Below are positions 49,090 through 59,178 of a stretch of DNA of 64,000 nucleotides, piece by piece. Every line of letters starts with the position of its first letter. The stretch's first letter is position 1. Origin of the DNA: an uncultured Chloroflexia bacterium (GTDB lineage Bacteria; Chloroflexota; Chloroflexia; Thermomicrobiales; UBA6265). The stretch covers positions 192,001 through 256,000 of the forward strand of contig CAVRUC010000005.1 in assembly GCA_963724295.1 (NCBI GenBank). The letters are read 5' to 3'. The notes under the pieces are model-generated. The model saw nothing but the letters and a program-made list of their open reading frames with translations, was not told where the DNA came from and searched no databases. The position numbers were made by a program, and so were the translations under genes.

Positions 49090-50270
49090 AGATCACTCGC
49101 GCGACGACCTATGTCGTGGGAAATCCCTGGAAGAACTGGCTCTTTGTCCGGCTCGACACCGACCAGCCTGGACTCTATGGCGTCGGCGAGGGCACGCTGA
49201 ACGCGTTCGCGCGGACTATCGAGACGGCTATCCACGAGCTGGCTCCACGTTACGAGGGGATGGACCCTTTCCAGGTCGAAACGATCTATCAACGCATGAC
49301 TCGCGATCTCTACTCTGACGGTGGCCAGATTCACGGCAATGCCGTCGCCGCCATCGAGGAGGCCTGCTGGGACATCATCGGCAAGGAAACGGGCAGACCG
49401 GTCTACGATCTCCTCGGCGGGCGCTATCACGAGGATCTGCCCGCCTACGCCAACGGCTGGTACGTCGGTCCACGCACCCCCGAGAGCTTTGCCGAGCGGG
49501 CCGCCGAGGTGGTGGCTCGCGGCTACAAAGCGCTCAAGTTCGACCCGTTCGGGTCAGCCTGGCGGACTATGACCCCGTGTGACCGTCAGCTCTCGCTCGA
49601 TATCGTCCGCGCGGTGCGCGAGACCGTCGGTCCCGAGGTCCAGATCATGGTCGAGGGGCACCGCCGCTTCAGCGTCTCGGAAGCCATTTGGGTCGGCGAT
49701 CACATTGCCGAGTTCGAGCCGACCTGGTTCGAGGAGCCGACCGACCACACGAAGATCGACGCCACGGCCGAGGTGGCGCGCCGCATCAATGTCCCCGTGT
49801 CCGCCGGGGAAAGCTTCCACACGACGCACCAGTTCGCGGAATTGTTGAAGTACAACAGCGTCCACATCCTGCAACCCGATCCCTCGACCATGGGTGGCAT
49901 CCTGCGCACGCGGATGGTCTGCGCCATGGCCGACGCGAGCTACGCCGTAGTCGCGCCCCATCAGGCACAGGGACCAATCGCCACCGCGGTCTGCGTCCAG
50001 ATCGGCGCCTGCACTCCGAACCTATTGGTGCAGGAGCTTTTCGACGAGTTCAACGTCGACTGGGAGCGCGAGATCGTCACCCCTCCGGTGCACGTGGTCG
50101 ACGGGCGTATTCAGATCTCGGACGCACCGGGACTTGGCATCGACGTCAACTGGGCCGAAGCGGAAAAGCACCCGTATCAGGTCACGAATTTCTTACCGCT
50201 CTTCTCGCCGGGCTGGGAGCGTCGCGAGGGCGCACAACCCGACATCGACGCCAGCGACGAGACGGCCTGA
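49086..50270 (+). CDS. Mandelate racemase/enolase superfamily acid-sugar dehydratase (DgoD-like)
   Basis: WLFVRLDTD..GVGE, WDIIGK..PVYDLLGG, YANGW, KFDPFG, WFEEP, GES, QPD, APH. Confidence 0.9.
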   Translation: MKITRATTYVVGNPWKNWLFVRLDTDQPGLYGVGEGTLNAFARTIETAIHELAPRYEGMDPFQVETIYQRMTRDLYSDGGQIHGNAVAAIEEACWDIIGKETGRPVYDLLGGRYHEDLPAYANGWYVGPRTPESFAERAAEVVARGYKALKFDPFGSAWRTMTPCDRQLSLDIVRAVRETVGPEVQIMVEGHRRFSVSEAIWVGDHIAEFEPTWFEEPTDHTKIDATAEVARRINVPVSAGESFHTTHQFAELLKYNSVHILQPDPSTMGGILRTRMVCAMADASYAVVAPHQAQGPIATAVCVQIGACTPNLLVQELFDEFNVDWEREIVTPPVHVVDGRIQISDAPGLGIDVNWAEAEKHPYQVTNFLPLFSPGWERREGAQPDIDASDETA

Positions 50271-50285
50271 TGTGAGCCGGACGTC

Positions 50286-51194
50286 ATGAGTGCTGGAGAA
50301 GCTCTTCACGGGTGCATCCCGATCCTGGTAACCCCGTTCACCGACGATGGGTCGCTCGATCTGGAGAGCCTCGAGCGCGAGATCGAATGGGTTCTGGCGG
50401 AAGGCGCCAGCGGCGTCGCCTGCGTCGCCATCGCCAGCGAGGGCTACAAGCTGGCTGAAACGGAGCGCGATGCGGTGATCGGCGCCACCGTCCGTCGCGT
50501 CGGCGGCCGCGTGCCGGTCGTCGCCTCCGCGGATGGACCCGGCGAAGAGCCGGCCATCGACCGCGCCCGTCGCGCCGCGGCGCTTGGCGCCGACGCGTTG
50601 ATGGTGCTCCCTTCGTACTTCGTCAAACCCGGTCCTGAGGCCCTGATGTCGTACTACGAGCGCATGGCAGAGGCTTCAGGCCTCCCGATCATGCTCCAGG
50701 ACGCGCCGCAATTGACAGGCGTATCGATGTCTCCGGCACTCTGGGCGCGCATGGCCGAAGCTACGCCCGGACTCCGCTACATCAAAGTCGAGGGCACGCC
50801 ACAGGGTCCGACGATCTCGGAGACGCTACGCCTGTGTGGCGATCGCGTCGGCGTATTCTGCGGTTGGGGTGGATTGAGCCTGCTCGATGCGCTGGAGCGC
50901 GGCGCAATCGGCAACATGCCGGCGCCGAACTTCACCCGGTTCTTCGCCGGCGTGCAGCGGCTGTGGGAAGCGGGTGAAAGGGAGCGCGCCGAGCAGCTCT
51001 TCGATCCCGGAGTCCCCTTCGTGATGTGGACCATGCAGTCGATCGACCACTCGGTGACCGCCGCCAAAGTCGAGCTTCACCGGCGCGGCGTTATCGCCTC
51101 GGTCCGGCTGCGGCAGCCCGCGCTGGCGCTCGACGGCATCGCCCTCGGCCAGCTAGCACGGTTCCTCGATCGACGGCTTGCGGCAACCGGGTGA
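50286..51194 (+). CDS. DHDPS/class I aldolase family protein
   Basis: PILVTPF, AIASEG, ADALMVLP, IMLQDAP, YIKVE Schiff-base Lys. Confidence 0.88.
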   Translation: MSAGEALHGCIPILVTPFTDDGSLDLESLEREIEWVLAEGASGVACVAIASEGYKLAETERDAVIGATVRRVGGRVPVVASADGPGEEPAIDRARRAAALGADALMVLPSYFVKPGPEALMSYYERMAEASGLPIMLQDAPQLTGVSMSPALWARMAEATPGLRYIKVEGTPQGPTISETLRLCGDRVGVFCGWGGLSLLDALERGAIGNMPAPNFTRFFAGVQRLWEAGERERAEQLFDPGVPFVMWTMQSIDHSVTAAKVELHRRGVIASVRLRQPALALDGIALGQLARFLDRRLAATG

Positions 51195-51283
51195 TACCGT
51201 TCGCGGGCGGCGTGCGTATATGCCGGTAGCAGGCTGATGAACAAGGCGACTAAAAGCCAACTCGAAGAATCCGGAGCGCCGCA

Positions 51284-51988
51284 ATGCCCGATCGTTCGCA
51301 CCTGGTGACCCGTCGCTCAGTCCTCGCCGGTGTCGCCGTTCTGGCCGTTACTGCCACGCACCGCCTCGTCACCGCCAGGGCGCAGGACGCCACACCGGCG
51401 GCCGTCGCCACACCATCCGCGGGCAGCAGTGGCATCCAACCGACCGGGGTTGGCGATGTGCCCAGCACCGGGGCCAGGCGGCCAGGCCCGGCGAACGTCG
51501 CACTCGAGCGCGCGCGGACCGACGTGGTCGCGCCCGTCGGCTTGGCGATCGAATCTGCCGGCATCGACGCCGGCATCGAATCGCTGCGCGTCGTCGATGG
51601 GGCGATGCAGGATCCGACCGGACCCTGGGTCGTCGCCTGGTACGAGAACCTCGGCTCCCTCGGCACCGCCGGCAACGTCGTGATGGCGGGGCACATTGAC
51701 TATTGGAACGTCGGTCCCGCCGTCTTCTACAACCTCTCGACGCTTGAAGCGGGTGACGAGATCGTTGTCGCCGGCGACGACGGCAAGACGTACCCCTTCA
51801 CGGTCGAATGGGTCCGCCAATACGACTCGGCGTCGATCCCGTTGGACGAGGTAGCCGGACCGACGGAGGATCAGAGCCTGACCCTGATCACCTGCGGCGG
51901 AGCGTTCGACTACGCAAACGGCCTCTACCTGCAGCGAACCGTGGTCCGCGCCAACCGCGCTGGCTCTCAACCACTACCTGCCACCTGA
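51284..51988 (+). CDS. Class F sortase with Tat-like signal
   Basis: TRRSVL signal; VAWY, GNVVMAGHID, LTLITCGG, YLQRTVV. Confidence 0.88.
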   Translation: MPDRSHLVTRRSVLAGVAVLAVTATHRLVTARAQDATPAAVATPSAGSSGIQPTGVGDVPSTGARRPGPANVALERARTDVVAPVGLAIESAGIDAGIESLRVVDGAMQDPTGPWVVAWYENLGSLGTAGNVVMAGHIDYWNVGPAVFYNLSTLEAGDEIVVAGDDGKTYPFTVEWVRQYDSASIPLDEVAGPTEDQSLTLITCGGAFDYANGLYLQRTVVRANRAGSQPLPAT

Positions 51989-52048
51989 GCCGCCGCACGG
52001 GTGTGACCTGGGCCGAACCGTTGCTCTAGAGCGGCACCACTTACCTGG

Positions 52049-52073
52049 TGTCATCCCGAGGCTCGAGGGATCT
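52049..52073. repeat. REP-like left arm TGTCATCCCGAGGCTCGAGGGATCT
   Basis: Same family as 29107 and 36410. Confidence 0.6.
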
Positions 52074-52252
52074 CATCGTGGTGCCGCGCGTCCACCGATT
52101 CACGAGATCCAACCTTCGCCGGACTGACACGAGATTCGAATTGCGATGCTGAATCACCCTCCCGCATGCAGGCGCACGCCAAAGGCGGGTATCCTGCCTG
52201 TCTGAATGGCATTCCGGAGCGCGCCGTAACGCGCTACATCCAGGGGTCACGG

Positions 52253-53605
52253 GTGACGAGCGCGGTGGAAGCGACCTTGCCAGATTCGGCAGGCTCGGGC
52301 ATGACCGATGCCGAGAGGCTGGACCGAATCGTCGTCCGCTGTATGGCGTGCGAAGCCCGCTTCACCGGCGCCGAAGCGCTCTCCCAATGCCCCACCTGTG
52401 GCGGCCTCCTCGACGTGGTGATCCCCACCAGGCGCAAGCTGACGCCGTCAGACTTCGGTGTGGGTGTCCCCGCGACCGGCACGCACTCCGGCGTCTGGCG
52501 GTACCTACCGCTCTTACCGGCCCTTCCCGAATCTGCGCTCGTCAGCCGCTGGGAAGGAAACACTCCGCTCTACCGTGACGACCGCCTGGCGCGCTACGCC
52601 GGACTCCCTGACGGCCATCTCGAACTGAAGCACGAGGGCCACAATCCCACGGCCTCGTTCAAGGATCGCGGAATGACGGTCGGGGTCAGCCACGCCAGGG
52701 CGGTCGGCGCTCGCATCGTGGCCTGCGCCTCGACGGGGAATACCTCCGCCTCGCTGGCCGCGTACGCGGCCGCGGCTGGCATCCCGGCGCTGGTTCTCGT
52801 GCCGGAGACCAAAGTCGCGACCGGAAAGCTGGCGCAGACTGTCGCCTACGGCGCAAGGGTCGTTCAGGTCGACGGCGACTTCGACATCGCGCTGGCACTG
52901 CTACGGAAGCTGACCGCCGCCTACGACGTCTACCTGGTGAACTCGGTCAACCCCTTCCGCCTGGAGGGGCAAAAGACCATCGTCTTCGAGATGCTCGAGC
53001 AGCGTGGTTGGCAACCACCCGACTGGATCGTGCTGCCCGGCGGCAACCTCGGCAACACTTCCGCATTCGGCAAGGCGCTCGCAGAGCTGCACGCGGTCGG
53101 GCTGATCGACCGGCTACCACGCCTGGCCGTCATCCAGGCAGCCGGAGCGGCGCCGTTCGCGGCCTACCACGCGTCCGGGTTCGAGGAGTTCGCCCCGGTC
53201 CAGGCTGAGACGATCGCCACGGCGATCAAGATCGGCAACCCGGCATCGGCGGCTCGAGCCCGCCGCTCGATCGAGCTGAGCAACGGCTGGGTGACCACAG
53301 TCGATGACGATGAGATCCTGGACGCCAAGGCCGCGATCGACCGTAGCGGCATCGGCTGTGAGCCGGCGTCGGCCGCTTCGCTGGCGGGGCTGCGTCGCCT
53401 CGTGCGAGACGGCATCGTCGGTCCGGCGGAAACCGCGGTGGCACTCCTCACCGGCCACATCCTGAAAGACACCGACGCGGTCACCGCCTACCACTTCACC
53501 GACGACGTCGACGGCGCTCCGCGGCGCGGCGCGAACCGGCCGATTCGTGTCGCCGCCGAGATTTCCGCGCTGGAGCAGGCTCTCGCCGATGCGCTTCACG
53601 GTTAG
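52253..53605 (+). CDS. thrC: Threonine synthase
   Basis: N-terminal CxxC/CxxC, EGNTPL, EGHNPTASFKDRG, CASTGNTSAS, PGGNLGN; overlaps thrB. Confidence 0.95.
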   Translation: MTSAVEATLPDSAGSGMTDAERLDRIVVRCMACEARFTGAEALSQCPTCGGLLDVVIPTRRKLTPSDFGVGVPATGTHSGVWRYLPLLPALPESALVSRWEGNTPLYRDDRLARYAGLPDGHLELKHEGHNPTASFKDRGMTVGVSHARAVGARIVACASTGNTSASLAAYAAAAGIPALVLVPETKVATGKLAQTVAYGARVVQVDGDFDIALALLRKLTAAYDVYLVNSVNPFRLEGQKTIVFEMLEQRGWQPPDWIVLPGGNLGNTSAFGKALAELHAVGLIDRLPRLAVIQAAGAAPFAAYHASGFEEFAPVQAETIATAIKIGNPASAARARRSIELSNGWVTTVDDDEILDAKAAIDRSGIGCEPASAASLAGLRRLVRDGIVGPAETAVALLTGHILKDTDAVTAYHFTDDVDGAPRRGANRPIRVAAEISALEQALADALHG

Positions 53606-54533
53606 AACCCCCGCGTCGTCGGCGAACCTTGGACCGGGGTTCGATGCGCTCGGGCTGGCCCTCGGACTCTGGAACGAAGCGACGATTGACCCATCCGGTG
53701 AACCAGGGCTGGTCACCCTGCGGGGTACCGAGGCCGGGCTGTTGGACGGCCGCGAGAATCTGGCGCTAACCGCTATGAATCGGCTGGCGCATGAGACAGG
53801 CCGTACCCTACCGCCCTTCTCCCTGGTCGTGCGCACGGACGTTCCGGTTGCCAGAGGACTGGGGTCTTCGGCCGCGGCCCTTGTCGCCGGGCTCGTCGCG
53901 GCCAATCATCTGCTCGCAACCTCGCTTCCGGTCTCCGATCTCTACTCCCTTGCCTGGCAGATGGAAGGGCACGGCGATAACGTGGGCGCCGCGCTCTATG
54001 GCGGCGCGGTGCTTGCCGTGCCCGAGGTCGCTGACCCGGTGCAGCTCCTCACTCACGGCCGGCTCGATCTCTGCGCGGTGGTCTTCATCCCGCAGGTGAC
54101 CGCGCTCACGCGTGCGGCTCGCGCGGCGTTGCCACCGACGGTCCCCCACGCCGACGCGGCCTTCAATGTGGCCGCCGCCGGGGGCTTGGTGCTCGGTCTG
54201 CACACCGGAAACGCCAACCTCATCGCGGCCGGCATGCATGACCGCCTCCACGAGCCGTACCGGGCGAGACTCTTTCCCCACCTCGAAATCTTGATCGCCG
54301 CTGCACGCGGAGCCGGCGCCCTCGGCGCCTGTCTCAGCGGCGCGGGGCCGTCCGTTCTTGCCTTGACCCAGCCGGATCGGACCGACGCCGTCGCCGCGGC
54401 ATTTCGCGCCGCGGCAGCCTCGATGGGCGTGGAGGGCGAGGTGAGACAGCTTGCCGTTGCTCCGGCGGGCGCAGAGATCGTCGACGAGAATGGCCGCGTG
54501 ACCCGCCCTGCCGAGCAACTCGAAAAGCGCTAG
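53589..54533 (+). CDS. thrB: Homoserine kinase
   Basis: PASSANLGPGFD, PVARGLGSSAA, EGHGDNV, DRLHEPYR, SGAGPS. Confidence 0.95.
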   Translation: MRFTVRTPASSANLGPGFDALGLALGLWNEATIDPSGEPGLVTLRGTEAGLLDGRENLALTAMNRLAHETGRTLPPFSLVVRTDVPVARGLGSSAAALVAGLVAANHLLATSLPVSDLYSLAWQMEGHGDNVGAALYGGAVLAVPEVADPVQLLTHGRLDLCAVVFIPQVTALTRAARAALPPTVPHADAAFNVAAAGGLVLGLHTGNANLIAAGMHDRLHEPYRARLFPHLEILIAAARGAGALGACLSGAGPSVLALTQPDRTDAVAAAFRAAAASMGVEGEVRQLAVAPAGAEIVDENGRVTRPAEQLEKR

Positions 54534-54569
54534 GGTAGCCAGGCAATCGCGGTTCTAGGAGGGGAAATC

Positions 54570-56066
54570 ATGGAGCGCGACCGGTTCACCACGCTGCAAA
54601 CGGGGCTCGCCCGCAAGCGGTCGCGCCGGCATGTGGTGCGCGACGCGCTTGCCGCCGCCGGTTCGCTTGGCGCCGCTCCCTGGCTCTTGCAGCTTGGCCA
54701 CGCCCGGGCGGAGGATCTGGCGACACCGATTGCGGTTCCGGGCTCGGCCGGTCAGATCGGGACACCTGAGACGGTGCCGATCGATCACCTGGTCGTCATC
54801 TTTCTCGAGAATCGCCCCTTTGACCATCTCTACGGGCTCTTCCCAGGCGCGAACGGGCTCCTGGAGCCGGAGGCGCGCATTCCGCAGACGGACGCAGATG
54901 GCGTTCCGTATGTCACCCTGCCGCCGGTCGTGAACTCCTGGGCGAATCCTCCCGCCGTCGACACCCGATTCCCGTCCGATCTGCCGAACGAGCCTTTCCT
55001 GATCGAGGACTACGTGCCGCTCGGCGATATCGACCCGTCGCCGACTCATCGCTTCTACCAGCACCAGCTGCAGGTGAACGGCGGCCGCATGGATCGCTAT
55101 GTCGTCTGGAGCGACACAGGTGGGCTCCCGTTGGGGCACTTCGACACTGAGAAACTGCCGCTCTATCCCTACGCCCGCGAGCACACTCTCTGCGACAACT
55201 TCTTCACCGCCGCCTGGGGCGGCTCCATGCTCAACCACATCTGGCTGATTGCCGCGGCTACTCCACTCTGGCCGGGTGCGCCCGCCGACCAGATCGCTCA
55301 ACCGCTCTTCGACAGCGGCGGCGCCCTCATCGGATTGCCGCATGACGGCAACGTCACGCCTGACGGCTACTGCGTCAATGACGTGCAACCGTTCTACGCT
55401 CCGTTCCAGGCCAATACACCGGTTGAAGAACGGATGCCACCGCAGCTGGCGCCAACAATCGGCGATCGCCTCTCCGACGCCGGGGTCTCCTGGGCCTGGT
55501 ATGCCGGCGGCTGGGACGACGCGGTTGCCGGCAACCCGGCGCCGACATTTCAGTTCCACCACCAGCCGTTCAGCTATTACTCCCGCTATGGCGAGGGCAT
55601 GCCGGACCGCCAGCACCTGCGGGACGAGACGCACTTCCTGACCAGCCTCACCGACGGAACGATGCCAGCCGTCTCATTCATCAAGCCGCTCGGCATCTTC
55701 GACGAGCATGCCGGCTACTCGGCCATCGCATCGGCCGAGAATCACGCTGTCGAGTTGATCGAAGCGGTGAAGGCCTCTCCGTTCTGGGAGCGATCGGCAA
55801 TCGTCGTCACCTACGACGACTTCGGCGGCTGGTACGATCACGTCGCTCCTCCCCCCATCGACCGCTGGGGGCCAGGAGGCCGGGTGCCGGCCATCATCGT
55901 CTCCCCCTGGGCCCGCCAGGGGTACATTGACTCGACGCCGTACGACCACACCTCGATCCTCAAGTTCATCGAGTGGCGATGGAGTCTGGCGCCACTCGCA
56001 ACCCGGGACGCGCTCGCCTGGAACCTGTTACCCGCATTTGATTTCGCCAAGCCAGGAGGTTCTTGA
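54570..56066 (+). CDS. Secreted phosphoesterase (AcpA/phospholipase C family), Tat-like signal
   Basis: SRRHVV signal; HLVVIFLENRPFDH, CDNFF, HHQPF, TYDDFGGWYDHV, GPGGRVP, DHTSIL. Confidence 0.9.
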   Translation: MERDRFTTLQTGLARKRSRRHVVRDALAAAGSLGAAPWLLQLGHARAEDLATPIAVPGSAGQIGTPETVPIDHLVVIFLENRPFDHLYGLFPGANGLLEPEARIPQTDADGVPYVTLPPVVNSWANPPAVDTRFPSDLPNEPFLIEDYVPLGDIDPSPTHRFYQHQLQVNGGRMDRYVVWSDTGGLPLGHFDTEKLPLYPYAREHTLCDNFFTAAWGGSMLNHIWLIAAATPLWPGAPADQIAQPLFDSGGALIGLPHDGNVTPDGYCVNDVQPFYAPFQANTPVEERMPPQLAPTIGDRLSDAGVSWAWYAGGWDDAVAGNPAPTFQFHHQPFSYYSRYGEGMPDRQHLRDETHFLTSLTDGTMPAVSFIKPLGIFDEHAGYSAIASAENHAVELIEAVKASPFWERSAIVVTYDDFGGWYDHVAPPPIDRWGPGGRVPAIIVSPWARQGYIDSTPYDHTSILKFIEWRWSLAPLATRDALAWNLLPAFDFAKPGGS

Positions 56067-56120
56067 GCAGTCGCGGGGAGACAGCAATCCACCTCGAGGC
56101 TCGGCTACGTTGGCGCCGCT

Positions 56121-56699
56121 CTAGCTCTCTTCGTCCAGTATTGCGCGGAGGAGACCGGCGACGTACTCGGGGTGCGCCGATCCTACGCCCGCCTCCTGTA
56201 ACCGGATCGAAGCTAGCCCGTCGAGTTGCGCACCCCCATTGACCGCCGTCCACCCGGCCTCGAGTTCCTCAGCCGGTACAACCCACTCCTGGCCACCATC
56301 GAGCGGGCTGACCGTTACGCCCTCGCCGGACTTGACCGTATGCACGCGGAACGGCTCGCCCTTGGGAGTCTCGACCGTCTGTCCCTCGAGCACCTTCAGC
56401 TGGTCCCACAATGCCGGGGTGGTCGCATTGGCTGCCGGAGGATGGGTGACACTCGCGTTGGTCGGTTCATCCCCCTGCTCGGGAAGGTGTTCCCGGGTCG
56501 ATGCGTCGTTCGCGTAGAGCCCCTGCAGCTCGTCGAGCCCCTCCCCTGGCTCTCCGACGGTGTCCCACCGTCCGGGCGGGGGCTCCCGGCCTGGCGAATC
56601 GGCCATCTCACGAGCTGCGTTCGTGCGTCCAGTGCGCTCGGCGTCGACGGCCTCTGCATCTGATTCACGTTCGTCGTCGTCGAAGACGTTATGCATCAT
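56121..56699 (-). CDS. Hypothetical protein (acidic disordered N-terminus, compact C-terminal domain)
   Basis: Start overlaps the end of the upstream LLM gene; plausible globular C-terminal ~85 aa. Confidence 0.6.
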   Translation of the reverse strand: MMHNVFDDDERESDAEAVDAERTGRTNAAREMADSPGREPPPGRWDTVGEPGEGLDELQGLYANDASTREHLPEQGDEPTNASVTHPPAANATTPALWDQLKVLEGQTVETPKGEPFRVHTVKSGEGVTVSPLDGGQEWVVPAEELEAGWTAVNGGAQLDGLASIRLQEAGVGSAHPEYVAGLLRAILDEES

Positions 56700-57780
56700 G
56701 TCCATCCCCACCCATTCGATACCGGGGCAGGATGCTCCGTGCGAACAGGTCCATGCCGTCGCTGTGCGGCGCGTCCATGAACCAGAGCATGAAGTGGCCG
56801 ATGCCCTCGGCGATGTAGGCGTCGATCCGGGCCGCGACCTGGTCCGGAGTGCCAATGATCCAGTCGCTCGCCATCGGCTCGGGGAGCGTGTCGGTCTGTT
56901 CCGCGATGAAGGCGATGGTCGCGGGATTACGCGCGTAGTCCTTGACGTACGGGCTGATCTCGGGCGGCAGGTGATCGGCCTCACCGCCGAGTGCCACCAG
57001 CGCGGCGAGGTGATCGCGCAGCGTCTCCAGATCGGGGGCGATCAAGACCTGGGTTTCCAGACTGAGCTCGATCTCGGCCGTGTCCCGGCCGGACGCCTGA
57101 CACGCGTCACGAAGCAAACCGATGCGGCGGCGAAGCTCCGGCAGCGGGACCGGAGTCGTGTTCCAACCCTGACCAAATCGGGCGCAAGCGGCCAGCCCAC
57201 CGGGCGCCGCCTCGCCGAACCAGAGGGGTGGGTGCGGCTGTTGGAGCGGTCTTGGCGCGCAGATCGCGTCCGTCACCTCCCAGGTCCGGCCGCGGAACGT
57301 CACCGGTTCGTCGGCGGCCCAGAGCCGCAGGATCATCTCGGTCGCTTCGACCAGGTCCGCGATGCGATTCTCCATGTCGTCCCGCCAGGGCAATCCGTAA
57401 TTGACGTATTCGCGCCGCTGGTAGCCGCAGTCGAGAAAGTGGATGAGCCGGCCGCCGGAGAGCTGGTCAACAGTGGCGGCCATCTTGGCCGTCAGCGCCG
57501 GGTGCCGAAAATAGTGCGCCATGTGGATCATCCCCAGCTTGGCGCGGCTGGTGGCCCCGGCGAGCGCTGAGAGCACCGTCCATCCTTCGAGGATCGCCTC
57601 GTCCTTACCGAGCATCAGGTGATCGGCCACCCAGAGCGAGTCGTACCCCAGCTCCTCGGCCCGCTTCCCCCAGGGCAGAATCATCGAGGGATCGAGCTCG
57701 GCGAGACCCGGGGTGCGAAAGAGCTGGATACCGGGACAGGCGAAGATCGGCAGGCAGACCCCGAACTGGATGTCACCCAC
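56689..57780 (-). CDS. LLM class flavin-dependent oxidoreductase
   Basis: [38 protein letters not shown] start at 57780. Confidence 0.9.
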   Translation of the reverse strand: MGDIQFGVCLPIFACPGIQLFRTPGLAELDPSMILPWGKRAEELGYDSLWVADHLMLGKDEAILEGWTVLSALAGATSRAKLGMIHMAHYFRHPALTAKMAATVDQLSGGRLIHFLDCGYQRREYVNYGLPWRDDMENRIADLVEATEMILRLWAADEPVTFRGRTWEVTDAICAPRPLQQPHPPLWFGEAAPGGLAACARFGQGWNTTPVPLPELRRRIGLLRDACQASGRDTAEIELSLETQVLIAPDLETLRDHLAALVALGGEADHLPPEISPYVKDYARNPATIAFIAEQTDTLPEPMASDWIIGTPDQVAARIDAYIAEGIGHFMLWFMDAPHSDGMDLFARSILPRYRMGGDGHDA

Positions 57781-57817
57781 GCTGAAATCCTTCCGCGTAC
57801 CTGCGTCTCCGGCCGCG

Positions 57818-58954
57818 TCAGACGAGGTGCTGAACCGGCTCGCCACGCAGCGACCGACGCACGTTCCACCAGAGCTCCTGCGAGTCGCGCACCCACGTCC
57901 AGGGACTCTGCCAGGCATTGTGCGGTGTCAGCGTCACCCGCTCACCGGCCTCCGCCTGATCGTGCAGATCGAGCAGCGGATCGTCGACCGGCAGCGGCTC
58001 CTCGGTAAAGACGTCGAGCGCGACGGCGCCGATGCGCCCGGCCGCCACTGCTTCCGTCAGCGCCGGCTGATCGACCAGCCTGCCGCGCGCGGTATTGATG
58101 AAGAGGGCGGTCGGCTTCATCAGTCCGATCTCATGGGCGCCGATGATTCCCTCCGTTTCCGGTTTCAGCGCTAGCTGCACAGAAAGTACATCGACCGTCG
58201 CGAAGAGCTCGTCCCACTCCGTGAATTCCATACCGTAGGCGCTCTCCAGCTCCGGAAAACGCTCGATGTCCCAATAGCGAATGGGCATGCCGAAGGCGTG
58301 CGCCGCCCGTGCCACCGGACGGGCGATCTCGCCCATCCCCAGCAAACCGAGGGTCAGATCACCGAGGTATTTGGTGTCCGGGAAGCCGTGCCACGAATCA
58401 ACGTAGGCCCGACTGGCCATATGCGTGCGCAGCGAAGGCAGGCGCTTGGCCCAGCTGAGGATATACGCCCAGACCTGCTCCGCCACGGTGATGTAGTTGA
58501 TCAGCGGGGTGGCAGCCACCGGGATGCCACGGGCGCGGGCGGCGTCTAGCGGCACGCCGCGATAGTCCTGCCCGAGGTGCTGGACGAGACGCAGGTTCTT
58601 CGCCCGCTGGAGCGCCTCAGCCGGCAGCCGCTCCTTGTGCAGGACCAGGAAGTCGGCGTCTTCGATAGCTCCCACGATCTCGTCGATGGAGCGAGTGAAG
58701 CGCAGGCTCCCCTCGTAGTCGGCGTAGAGCTGACCGAACGGGGCGTAGGGAGCATCGGCGCTGTTGAACCAGGTCAGATCGATGTCGTACCCGGCAAGGA
58801 TCTCTCGCAACGGCAGGGCATCGGTCTCGGCCGACGGGTTCTCACGCAGCAGCGTCTCCCGGGCTGGAGCATCCCAGCTCGCCCACGGGCGCACGCCAAG
58901 CAGGGTGTTGCCGATGCTGTCCCAGACGACGATCTTCACCGTTTCGCCGGTCAT
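57818..58954 (-). CDS. D-2-hydroxyacid dehydrogenase family protein
   Basis: [31 protein letters not shown]. Confidence 0.9.
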   Translation of the reverse strand: MTGETVKIVVWDSIGNTLLGVRPWASWDAPARETLLRENPSAETDALPLREILAGYDIDLTWFNSADAPYAPFGQLYADYEGSLRFTRSIDEIVGAIEDADFLVLHKERLPAEALQRAKNLRLVQHLGQDYRGVPLDAARARGIPVAATPLINYITVAEQVWAYILSWAKRLPSLRTHMASRAYVDSWHGFPDTKYLGDLTLGLLGMGEIARPVARAAHAFGMPIRYWDIERFPELESAYGMEFTEWDELFATVDVLSVQLALKPETEGIIGAHEIGLMKPTALFINTARGRLVDQPALTEAVAAGRIGAVALDVFTEEPLPVDDPLLDLHDQAEAGERVTLTPHNAWQSPWTWVRDSQELWWNVRRSLRGEPVQHLV

Positions 58955-59178
58955 TCAGAGCTCCACATCAGCCCTACGGCTCGCTTCGCTACCGCGCGCA
59001 TCGAGTCGATCGTATCGTCAATCAGGGAGCGATGCACGGTGCAATAATCCCCAGGCATATGCCCCAACCGCATTTCCCCGTGTGACGCCATGGCGCCCAC
59101 GAGCTCCTCGCACGTGTACCCATTGCCCCGCCCCCGTCAGGTGCGAGAATGTGCCAATACTCGAGAGGAGCGTGAGCC

